Positions 53,996-64,000 of a DNA stretch of 64,000 bases are shown here, piece by piece. Positions within the stretch are counted from its first letter, which is position 1. Each line of letters opens with the position of its first letter. This DNA comes from Sminthopsis crassicaudata (lineage: Eukaryota), in assembly GCF_048593235.1 (NCBI RefSeq), contig NC_133618.1:161909162-161973161 (forward strand). Reading direction: 5' to 3'. The position numbers and the translations under genes are program-made. The notes below the pieces were generated by a model, which worked only from the letters and a program-made list of their open reading frames with translations, was not told where the DNA came from and made no database searches.

Positions 53996-54819
53996 TAACA
54001 ATAATCTCTTTATTTGTTGGATACCCTCAGTAGGATGTAAGATTTGTGAGGGCAAGGGATGATTTTAATTTTTATCTTTATATCCTCATCTCTTAGTAGA
54101 ATGCTTTGCATATAGTAAAGATATTAAATGTTTGTTGGATTGGATCCCACATTGCCTTAAGTCCCCTTGGAAATTGGAAACTGGAGATGATAACATTGCC
54201 CACCTATATTGGAACTCAGAATTTCTAGAAGACTTAATGCTTTAAAAAGATTCCAGATTTCTTAGAAGGGATTATATTAATGCAAAACATTATTACTATG
54301 TATAATATCTTTGAATTCTCTTTGCTTGGATGAGAAGGTATTCTGGATGAAGGTCAATCTGAAGATTTCCTGCTGTTATGTAACTAATGATGAGTCTGTG
54401 GGGTTGATTTGTTTTCTGACTCCTGCTGCTCAGGAAGAAATGCTTCTTTTGATGCTGCCAAGAAATCCCTCAGATTAGAAGCAAACTAAATGCTAACTTA
54501 TTTGTAGCAGCTAAAAGAGGGCAAGTCATTTAAACATGAGGAATTTATAATAAAAAGATAAAAAATTAGGGGTCTAGCATATTTAGTTTGTCTTCCTGTC
54601 TTCCCTTTTATGATGTGACTTCAGGGGTGTCCAGGAAAACATGATACCTAGGTATGTATCTTTTCTACTTCTTTCCATAGTCATGGTTTCTAATTTCACA
54701 ATTTGAGAGTAAGTGAATCACAAAGACTTTTGAGCTTTCAGGAGTTCCTCTGTAGAAATTCAAGTAACCCATAGGAGGGATTGTAAGGATGTGGTTCCCG
54801 CAAAACAAGAGAAGGGAAT

Positions 54820-55384
54820 TGTAAGGGTCCTTTAAATGGGCGGCACCACAGTGCAACAGGAGATTAAGTTCTCCAGGAAGTATTCTCTGTGGATATAGGA
54901 CTGCCCTGTGGGTGGGATCCTGTCCATATTGAGATAGCTTCGCAATGGGTGACAGCTCTCTCGCTGGTTGGCTGTGTGTGTGACCTCACAGGCCCTTTAT
55001 AAGCCCACTGCAGACAGCAGTCGCTCTCTTTAACGTGGCTCCCTAGCCTGGGGTAGCCAAGACAAGCTAAGCTGATGGATAGCCAAGAGGTAAGGAGTTT
55101 GGTAGTGAACACGTGGGTCTTCAGACCAGGTATTCACTAGGGAGCTGACAAGTCAGGGTATTATGTGAGTAGGTATAATAAAGGCTTTTAAGATTACACA
55201 TGGCTGTTCTTGAGCGTGCTACTGGTTATTAAACTATAGATTCAAGAGATTGTGGCCAGAGACCTTTGAAGGCCTCAGAGGAGGCAAGCCAGGTAGAGTT
55301 GACACTGCAAAGGTCAGTGGTCAAAGGTATTCTGTTGGGCCTAGGACAGACTAGTAATAGTAACTGCCAGGAGGGCATGTTACA
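54820..55384 (+). mobile_element. ERV 5' LTR core (preceded by a 38-nt PPT-containing extension, 54782-54819)
   Basis: TGTAAGG...GTTACA; TATA-like TTTATAA at 54996-55002; AATAAA at 55177-55182; about 92-93% identical to the 3' LTR by hand count. Confidence 0.93.
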
Positions 55385-55386
55385 AA

Positions 55387-55404
55387 TGGCGCTTGAACAT
55401 GGAC
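55387..55404 (+). promoter_or_regulatory. Primer binding site, tRNA-Lys(UUU)/Lys3-like
   Basis: TGGCGCTTGAACATGGAC, 2 nt after the LTR end; 15/18 match to the Lys3 PBS TGGCGCCCGAACAGGGAC. Confidence 0.85.
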
Positions 55405-55501
55405 ACATCAGGAATTATCAGGTTTTGGAAATATTTAATATTCAGGATTAAGATTCTGAAAGATCCGGTAGAAACTCCACTTAGTAGGGAAGGCAGGCAA
55501 T

Positions 55502-56266
55502 ATGGACCCAGGTAACTCTGGGATCGGGCTCAAGGATACAGCTGAACATAATGCTTATATAAATAGGTTAAAGAGCCAGATGGAAGATCTTTTAACAAAG
55601 ATCACCAGTGAAGAATAGCAGGAAGCTTGTAATCAAGCTCCGAGAAGGCTATCCCCACACCCATTAAATACAGCTCGGACAGGGAGCAACCTAGAGCTAA
55701 TGTGTTTGTATGACAGCATAGAGTTTAAAATGCAACAACTAGAAGTTGAGTTGAAAATAGAATGACAAACAATTAAAAAAGAGTTGCTGGAATTGCAGGT
55801 TAAATTACAGGTTGAGATAGAGAAAGAAGAAAAAGCTAGGTTACTACACAAACCAGTGGCTGAAGCTAAGGAGAGAAATAAACGAACCACAAGGACTTCA
55901 GTTGGAGAAATTCTTCTTAGCGTTTTGTTGGTTTACCTCGTGCATTATTGTCTTAAGGAATTTATTGATTACTCTTCCATTGAGAAGAGGCTTAGTTCTT
56001 TTTATGTGCAAAGCTCAGGTTGGATTTTAAATCAGCCTTTGGGGAATTTTCCATTTCCTCTTCCCTCAGCCCGACCTTCATGGGCCAAGGAAGGAGGAGG
56101 AGGAGGAAAAGGAAGGGTGATAATATCATCAGCACTGCCCATTAATCCATTTAAAACTCCTGTGTCTTCATTTCAAAAGACAGGAGTGGGCTTTATGGCC
56201 AAAGGGAAAAGGAATTGTGGTGTATTGATTATAATCAGAAAAATTTTAAAAATACAGTTCAGTTAA
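55502..56266 (+). pseudogene. Disrupted ERV ORF in the gag position, coiled-coil rich
   Basis: One frame from ATG 55502 (MDPGNSGIGLKDTAEHNAYINRLKSQMEDLL...) to 56266, with in-frame stops at 55616-55618 and 55763-55765. Heptad-like EFKMQQLEVELKIE*QTIKKELLELQVKLQVEIEKEEKARLL. Confidence 0.55.
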
Positions 56267-56719
56267 TTTCTAAGAAACCTTACAAGGACCTTCCAGTTAG
56301 AGTGGAGTTTTATACTTATAAAACCTTTAGGATAGTCTTTGGAGAGTTGAAACTCCTCTTTTCTAACCTCGTGGATTTTTCACTTCCACAGGTGGGCTTG
56401 ATTTCCCAACCCCCTACGAGTACTTATAAAACAGTGTTTATGTTTAGAATGGTTTGGAAAATTGCTGTTTTAATCACTAGAATAAATAGACAGTGTGTGA
56501 TCTTTGACCCAGGAGGAAAAGTAATATCAGATTTATTGATTCACACTCCTGAAGTACAATTCGGTATCAGAAATTCAAACTTTGATTTTTAGGCAAAAGA
56601 ATTCAGGGATATAGCTGAGTGTTCTTTTTTCATTAACTGTATGAGTGGCAGGCCACTGAAAAGGTATCAGCTCTCTTAAGAACTTCGAGAGTGAGTGAGA
56701 AAGCACTCAGATAAATATA

Positions 56720-57192
56720 CCCTACATGTCCATTTTCAGAGTGGACCTTCAAATCATTTATAATCAGGCTGCTAGAATCTTATATTTGCAAATTGTGATA
56801 ACTAAAGAGGAAGCTAAGAGCATGGCAGAAGGCTACACAACTTATCTTTCTTTCACTCTCCTATACTCCCTATAGGACAAAACCCTTATGATTTGAAATT
56901 TAATGTTTTAAGACCAATGGACATTATGGCTTCATTCCAATCTGGAGAAGCAGCTAGACATGTGAGCAACCATTTTTCCATTGTAGAAATTTCACATGCA
57001 TTTAAGACAGTTTGTGGATTGGCTTACAAATATTTTGCCTTTAGGTGTTTTTGCATTGAATTTGACTTTGCCCATTCCATTGGCATTTCTTATAATCCTA
57101 TTAGTAAAGTCATTACTGCACAGACTGTATCCCCAAGATCTTCTCTTCTAAACAAAAGAAGGGAATTTTGGGATTTGCACAAGATGTGGTAA
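56720..57192 (+). pseudogene. Decayed pol relic: RNase H end, integrase zinc-binding and core domains
   Basis: LHVHFQSGP (RNase H end). YNQAARILYLQIVITKEEAKSMAEGYTTY/HSPILPIGQNP resembles the IN HHCC region. QSGEAARHV...KTVCGLAYKYFAFRCFCIEFDFAHSIGISYNP resembles betaretroviral QTGE..HV...KTDNGPAY.S..F..F......H.TGIPYNP. Confidence 0.75.
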
Positions 57193-57212
57193 TACATATA
57201 TGTGATTGCTTG

Positions 57213-57472
57213 CAATTTTTAAATTTTGATTTTACATTTTTAAATTCTTTTGATTCTGCATTTTTAAGTTATTTTGATTTTACATCTTTAAAGTATTTTG
57301 ATTTTACATTACTATTTTGATTTTATATTTTTAAATTATTTTGGTTTTACATTTTTAATCTGTTTTGGCTTTACACTTTAAAATTATTTTTGTTTTACAT
57401 TTTTAATCTATTTTGGTTTTACACTTTTAAATTATTTTGGTTTTACATTTTTAAATTCTTTGCATTTTACCT
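57213..57472. repeat. AT-rich ~24-bp minisatellite (about 11 degenerate copies) inside the ERV integrase
   Basis: Unit approximately TTTTAAATTATTTTGGTTTTACAT, repeated in tandem. Confidence 0.9.
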
Positions 57473-57574
57473 TAGCAATGCACTTTGGGCATACACAGAA
57501 AGTGCAGCTAAGTGACAGACTGACTAACTTTTGTCTGACTTTTGTTAATCTTTTTGATAACAATTTTGTTTCCA

Positions 57575-57700
57575 CTGTGATGTGGAAAGGCCTGGATGGC
57601 ATTTGGAAAGGCCCAAGTTGGGCCCCAGGTACATTCTTTCCTAGGTGCAGATCCAGCAGCAGAGTTCATCCCCACCAGAGACATTTGTAACCTGGGGATC
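57575..57700 (+). pseudogene. Integrase C-terminal domain relic
   Basis: VMWKGLDGIWKGP resembles the betaretroviral IN C-terminal V.W.D...W.GP motif. Confidence 0.7.
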
Positions 57701-58484
57701 CAAGAGAAGGACCAGACAACAGCCCAGAGGGACCAGCCAGATGTCAGCAGCCCTCCAGATGCTGATGGCAGCAATGCCCCTCCTGACCATGACACCAGAG
57801 ACAGCAGACAGTTCTAGTGTTGCAGCTGAAATGGACTGTTTTGGGTGATATGCAATATAAAGACTGTAAATGGACAATGGGCCTGCTTGCTCCTCCCGTA
57901 GCTACTTGCCATATGATGGCCTGGGGAGAGGCTTTGCCCTATGCTTTCTATTGAAAGACTATGCTTTTAAATTAGTGGGTGAAAAACCAACACACCCACC
58001 TGCCGTTGTTATTGAGACAATGTTACTGGACATGACTTTGCTTATGTGCACCTGTGATAAGCTAGAATTGCTCTAGGATTGTGAAAAGTGCAATAGAGAA
58101 TTGTGAGAAACTAGAATTGGTCTAGAATTGTGATGAATGTAACTAGAATTGTGACAACCTATCTCACTAATATTTAATTGTTAACTAGAATTGCAATATT
58201 TTACCTTGTTGACTTCCCACCTCAGTGTTGACACCCTACCTCATTGGCATCCAACCTCTTTGGCTTATTATCTCCCTGAGTATGACTTTGATGAATGGGT
58301 TGAACACTTGGGCCACTGTTGAGCCTAGTTCTCATTGTCATACTTCTGTTTTCTGATCTGCTGCTTTGTACCTCCTTGGGCATAACACTGTCATCTCATG
58401 GATCAAGTGAACTATAGCTGGTGCTAAAAGTTTAGCTTGATGAGATGTGCGGCTCCCACAAAACAAGAGATGTGCGGCTCCCGC

Positions 58485-58502
58485 AAAACAAGAGAAGGGA
58501 AT
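58485..58502 (+). promoter_or_regulatory. Polypurine tract of the ERV
   Basis: AAAACAAGAGAAGGGAAT lies immediately 5' of the 3' LTR start TGTAAGGG. Confidence 0.85.
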
Positions 58503-59064
58503 TGTAAGGGCCCTTTAAATGGGCAGCGCCACAGTGCAACAGGAGATTTGAGTGGCCCAGAAGTAATCTCTGTGGATATAGGACTACCCTGTGGGTGGGA
58601 TTGTCCATATTGAGATAGCTTCGCAATGGGTGACAGCTCTCTCGCTGATTGGCTGTGTGTGTGACCTCACAGGCCCTTTATAAGCCCACCGCAGACAGCA
58701 GTCGTTCTCTTTAACCTGGCTCCCTAGCCTGGGGTAGCCAAGACAAGCCAAGCTGATGGATAGCCAAGAGGTAAGAAATTTGGTAGTGAACACGTAGATC
58801 TTCAGACCAGGTGTTCACTAGGGAGCTGACAAGTCAGGGCATTATGTGAGTAGGTATAATAAAGGCTTTTAAGATTACACGTGGCTGTTCTTGAGTATGC
58901 TACTAGTTATTAAACTATAGATTCAAGAGATCCTGGCCAGAGACCTTTGAAGGCCTCAGAGGAGGAGAGCTGGGTAGAGCTGGCACTGCAAAGATCAGTG
59001 GTCAAGGTACTCTGTTGGTCCTAGGACAGACTAGTAATTGTAACTGCCAGGAAGGCATGTTACA
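58503..59064 (+). mobile_element. ERV 3' LTR
   Basis: Direct repeat of 54820-55384; ends GCATGTTACA, followed by the TSD AGGGAT. Confidence 0.95.
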
Positions 59065-59619
59065 AGGGATAATGCCTTAGGCTACTATCATCTAAAATAG
59101 CCATCTTGCTCTTTGTCAAAGCAAAGTGAAAATGGAGGTGGAATGAGTACCTGAAAGTGAATCAAGGAGATCATGAAAAAGGGTCACAGGAGCAAATCAA
59201 AGTGCTAATTTCACCATTTTGCCAAGGAATGGGCTCTGCCTTCTGAACTGGGAGAATCAATCAGACTGACTGAGTTGCAGAGAAAATAGAATATTCCTAT
59301 TCTCATCTAAATCACAAGAACAGAGAGTTAGCTGGGCGATATCTAGTTTTAACACCCAGCACTCCCCCAAACACACAGACAGGAGTTTACTAGGGATTGA
59401 AGGTAAGAGTTGAGTGCATTTTTTGTTTGTTGTTGGCTGATACTCCTCATCCTAACACCACTTGTAAACTTTTTGAGGGTAGGAACTATTTTTAAATTTT
59501 TGTTTTTGTACCCTGGTCACTTGCTTAGCATATAGAGACATTTAATGCTTATTGGATTGTATTGGACCTCACATTGCATAAAACAAATTGGAAAATAAAG
59601 CTGATAACATTACCTATCT

Positions 59620-60320
59620 TTGTTTTGATCCATTTCAGTGTTATCCTTAATTCTTTCCTCTCTTTCATCTGATATATCCAATTATTCACCAAATATCATC
59701 ATTTCTACCTTCAAAACATCTTTCATATTCATTCCCTTTTTTTCCATTCACAGAACCAACACTCTAATTATGGACCTCCTCACCTGGTTCACTAGGCTAT
59801 TGCAATATTCTCCTAATTGGTCTACCTGACTCTAACATCTCTCTTCTCCAATTCATCCTTCATACAGTCCTGAGACTTAGTTTCATTAAATTCAGATTCG
59901 ACTATATAACTCCTCCAGCCAAACTCCTTTATTTAGTATTTAAAATCATTTGAAAATGGATTCTAAGTTATTCTTCCACTCTTATTGCATATTACAACAC
60001 TATGACTCAGTGAATTTGACTTTCTTGTTCCCCACAATTGATACTCATTTCTTTCTTCTTTGCCTTTGCATTGTCTCTCTCATTCCTTCAACTTTGTATT
60101 TGACACCTCTCTTGATCCTTTGTCTTCTAGTCCTGACCCCACTTCTCTAGAAATCACCATGTGTCTCTTTTATTATATTTATATATGTTGTCTCGCCTTG
60201 GCTACATTGGAAGTTCCTCTAGGATGGAGACTTTTTTCTTTTGTCTTCCTACCCCTGGTACCTTGCACTGTTCCTGGCATATAGTAGGTACTTTATAAAT
60301 ACTTATTGCTTGATTAATAG
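59620..60320 (+). mobile_element. L2 3' region
   Basis: CCTGGTTCACTAGGCTATTGCAATATTCTCCTAATTGGTCTACCTG...GTTCCTGGCATATAGTAGGTACTTTATAAATACTT. Confidence 0.8.
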
Positions 60321-63300
60321 AACTGGAGTGTAAGATGATTACTTTTTACTCTAGAATAGAAGTAGGAAGAGACATTTAAATATCTATTTTTTCATCTTTC
60401 CTAAATCCTCCCCTTCTTTCTCTACCTCTTCCCTTCTCTTCTAGTAACAAATGTTTTCTAAGAACCTGCTTTCACATCAGTGAAGAATTGGTCTAAATAT
60501 TTCATATGGATGAAAAGATTCTGGGGTTAGTGTGTAGATTCAAACATCACCAGGACCAAATAAATTCAGAGGTTATCTTTCATCATAAATGAATGAATAA
60601 AAAGTATTTATTAGGTACTTAATATATCCTAGTCACTATACTGAGTTGTCATCACAAATAAAGGCAACCAACACAGACCCTGCCCTTAAAGAGCTTCTTC
60701 TCTCATAGATGAAGACAAGGTGTGTAGGGAAATAATAGCTGGGGAAGATCGTTGGGGAGAGTGAAGATAGAATGGTCATTGAAATAATAGTATAATTGAT
60801 TGACATGTTCTTGCCAGAAGTGGCTATAATGATCTGATTCTGCTCTCAGAGCTAGAGTTGGAGAAAAGGTGGGCTCATGTTCTGTGCTAGTATGGTATGG
60901 AGATGATAGGAAAGTAGCCTGGGGACCTGAGGCCTGGTAAACCAATAAGAAATCCTCATCAATCAGAGCCTAGGATCACAAGAGTAGAACTTTTATTTCA
61001 ATTCCAGAGGGAGGCAGAGGCTTAAGAACAGGCAGGATCAATGGGGGACAGCTGAAAGATGGGGCAGTAGGCTTGAGACTAGGAAGGATGAGATGAAAAA
61101 TATAGATGAATTTGTCTCCTTTTAGACTCATCAAAGTGGGTCTCAGTGAATATGGAATTGAAATAGAACAAATGACATTGAAAATCAGTCATTATAGTCT
61201 GTGAAGTGGTGTCAAAAGATCATTATTATTTCATTAGAGATTACTTAGAAAGAGAGAAAAACTCAGAAAAATGGAAAATTTGAGAATGAGGATAGCCTAG
61301 GATAAGGGTTAATGAGAAAGAAGATAGCCTTGGATAAGACATTAGATTTCATTTAGATAATCTAATAGAAGAATAATGAGCAAGATCACATAGTTGCCCA
61401 AGGCCTAGGTGGAAAATATTGACAAGTAGGTAGACAACGACCCCAGAAAACATTATTGAATTTTCACAGATGGAAAGATTAAAGTGAATGGGAGTGGTTT
61501 GAAAATCAATTTAAGCCCAATTCCCTGCTATTGCACAAAGACAGAACAAACTGTCGAGAGCTGTAATAGAAACAGTATAAATCAGCTCAACAAGGGATAG
61601 AAATGGCTTTGGAAAAGAAAACCAGGATAATGTAGTCATCATAATCTAAATTTGCATTGTCAAGGTGATGAGTTATAAGTATATTTGCAAGCTAATCTTG
61701 ATGGCTTTGGTGTTGAGATGGTCTTGGGGAGAACCTGCTTAATCTTTATATCATCTGGTCATCCCCAAAATGTTTAGTATTATTTAAAATGAGAGATCTC
61801 ATGATCATTCATGAAAGTTAGGCATATTGCCAATATCAAGGACCCAGAGAAAAATAGCCATTTTCTGTGATTGCACTAAGCTCTAGTCCAGGAATCTTAA
61901 GAAACATTGAACTCTAATTGTGTCTAATCCCAGAAAGAGTAAACATGAATTTAGTAGAAAGAGTTACTCCAGTAGGTTTGTTAATTTTATCTATTCCTCT
62001 GAGGCTTTGCTCTAAACAATACCCCCCCCCCCCAAGTTCCTTTTCTCTTTCTTTTCTCTCCTTTCCTTTCCTCTCCTCCTCTCTTCTTTTTTTCCCTCTT
62101 TCTTTGTTTTCTTTCTTTTCCCCCTTTCTTTCCATCTCTTTTCTTTTCCTTTTCCCCTCTCCCTTTCTTCTCAACTGAGGTTGGTGACTCAGTGAATAAA
62201 ATGGTGGTTCTAGAATCAAGATGGCCCAAATTCAAATCTGTGACTGGTTCTGAGTAAGACACTTATTATTTGTTTGCCTCAACTATAAAAGGATCTCCTA
62301 GAATAGTTATAAGGATCAAATGAAATAATATTTGTAAAATACTTACATTAGCTAGCAATAGTACTACATAACTGCTCATTCTATTCTTTTCCTACTTGAA
62401 GACACACATAAGTAGCTATTTCTTTTAGTAAAAACCCAACTCAACCCAACCAACCAAACAACAACAAAAAGAAAAGAAACTAAACCCAGAGCACCCTACC
62501 AATCCCAGAAGCCTCATTGTCGAGAATGTCAAAACCTGGAAAGTAGCAATAGATGGTTGAGAGGCAAAGTAGTGCAGTAGAGAAACTTCTGACTTTGGAG
62601 CTGCAAGCCATTTACTAGCACTATGACTTTGCACGATTCACTTATTCTCTCTAGGTTGCCCTTCTCTCTCTCTTTTTTAATGAACCAAAAGGATTGCACT
62701 TTTTGGCTTTGAAGATATCTTCAATTCTAAATAAAAGATTCTAAGTTAGGGGATGCTTTAGATTTTGGAAACATTTTCCTATTGTGATTTGTGTATTTTT
62801 TAAAAGTGACCAAGCTCAGATACTTGTCAATGGTCTTTTAAGTTCCTTTTCTGAGCCCCTAGCTCTACACTTAGGTCCATCTTTTACTTAAAATCAAAGG
62901 TTTAGTGAATGTTTTCAGGATAATTTTGCCCAGAGAATAGAGGTTAGCCAAGGTCTCTAGGGATCTTGTGAAGTCAGATAGTACTGCAGCTTGTAAATGT
63001 TAGCGTGCTAAAACCTGAAAGATGCAGAATGGACTAATTCTCTTTCATTGGGAAGTTGTTTGAATCTCAGCACCAACTAAGACCAATTTTATATTCTCAG
63101 GTAAAGGGAAATGTGACAAAAAGGACTGATCCCCAGCTGTTCTAGAGAAAGATTAAATGTACTTCTGGTGCCTTTCACAGCTATTCATCATTTTAATTGG
63201 TTTTAAAGCTAAAAAAACTTTGACAGTATGTGTGACGGAAATCTAACTTCATAATTCATAAACTATGGAAAAGTGATTATGGTCTTCATTTGTAAGCTGT

Positions 63301-64000
63301 ACACATAGCATATTAAGTTGCTACAGGGAGGGAGCCCAAGAATCCCCATTCATCATACAATCATTAGGCTGTACAGAGAATGCTAATGACTGAGTTATGT
63401 AAGCCAGCCACCAATGAGGGAAATATTGTATGCCTTCGGTCATGAGGCATTTTTGGGATGAAATGGGATTTTCCTTTTTAATAAATGATGCCCCAAGTAG
63501 GTATAATAAGCTTCATGCCATATGCTATGTTTCCCAGCTATCAATCCAGTTAAATTCGGAAAGCAAAAAATAGGGTCTCTGTATTAGAGGAAATTTGAAT
63601 CACCATACAGGCAAAATGAAGAAGCTGAACTTGCTGGTTCTAAAACATATGAGTTTATAATGCCAAATCCTGGTATAGTGAAGACTAACCTTTACAATTC
63701 AACTCAAATTCCACTTCTTACATGAAGTTTCCCTTCTAAGCTGGAGGAGATGCAATCCAATTCAATTAATATTTATTAAGCCCCTACTGGGGTGAGGGGC
63801 AGCATGATATAGTCGAATGAACATTAGCTCCAGAATCAGGATTGTGTGATGTGATCCTAGAGCTCTGTTTCCTCATGTATAACATGAAGTAATTTCTAAG
63901 ACTCTTTCCAATTCAAGATTTATAATTCAACATAAGAAATGTAGCTAGGTGCAAAATAGTAAACATAATAAAGGTTTGAAGTGATTCCATGTATTTGAAA

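Larger units (their letters stand above)
54782..59064 (+). mobile_element. Class II (betaretrovirus-like) endogenous retrovirus, internally deleted, antisense to PCSK2
   Basis: Two ~565-bp LTRs with TGTAA...TTACA termini, 6-bp TSD AGGGAT (54776-54781 and 59065-59070), tRNA-Lys-type PBS, PPT, and betaretroviral integrase relics. Confidence 0.93.

Noticed and set aside
57645-57848. env signal-peptide-like ORF (PETFVTWG...MLMAAMPLL)
   Set aside because: Only a faint resemblance to betaretroviral env leaders; no SU or TM motifs downstream; not supportable without a profile search.
63066-63086. REST/RE1 site (TCAGCACC)
   Set aside because: Only the left half-site is present; the GGACAG right half is missing.
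42990-64000. PCSK2 exon 5 (GIDYLHPDLASNY)
   Set aside because: No matching 38-nt exon found; intron 5 presumably extends beyond the window end.
1-64000. CRISPR arrays, rRNA, tRNA genes
   Set aside because: None seen. tRNA-like segments are SINE heads or the retroviral PBS, and the spaced repeats are minisatellites.

Overview
This is AT-rich, CpG-depleted, repeat-dense marsupial DNA. WSINE1, MAR1/MIR, L2, L3 and dasyurid-type L1 3' ends point to a dasyurid such as the Tasmanian devil; the species is an inference. The whole window lies inside PCSK2 (prohormone convertase 2) on the minus strand. Three coding exons are recognisable by translation and GT-AG boundaries: exon 6 (42913-42989), exon 7 (19146-19234, containing the catalytic His motif HGTRCAGE) and exon 8 (9384-9561). 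As assembled, exon 8 has two extra A bases in A-runs (178 nt versus the 176 nt recalled for human). It sits on a ~1-kb contig between two gaps, so it is either an assembly artefact or a loss-of-function allele. Intron 5 holds an old TCP1 (CCT-alpha)-like pseudogene fragment (44485-45049). It has a 201-bp insert exactly at the TCP1 intron-4 position but lacks intron 5, so it appears semi-processed. Intron 5 also holds a 4.3-kb class II (betaretrovirus-like) ERV (54782-59064) antisense to PCSK2. The ERV has a 6-bp TSD, a tRNA-Lys3-like PBS, heavily decayed pol relics, an integrase split by an AT-rich minisatellite, a coiled-coil ORF in the gag position, and an anomalous duplicated PPT/U3 end. 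The rest is interspersed repeats, microsatellites and seven N-gaps. All homology calls are from memory of the families; no database search was run, and repeat boundaries are approximate.
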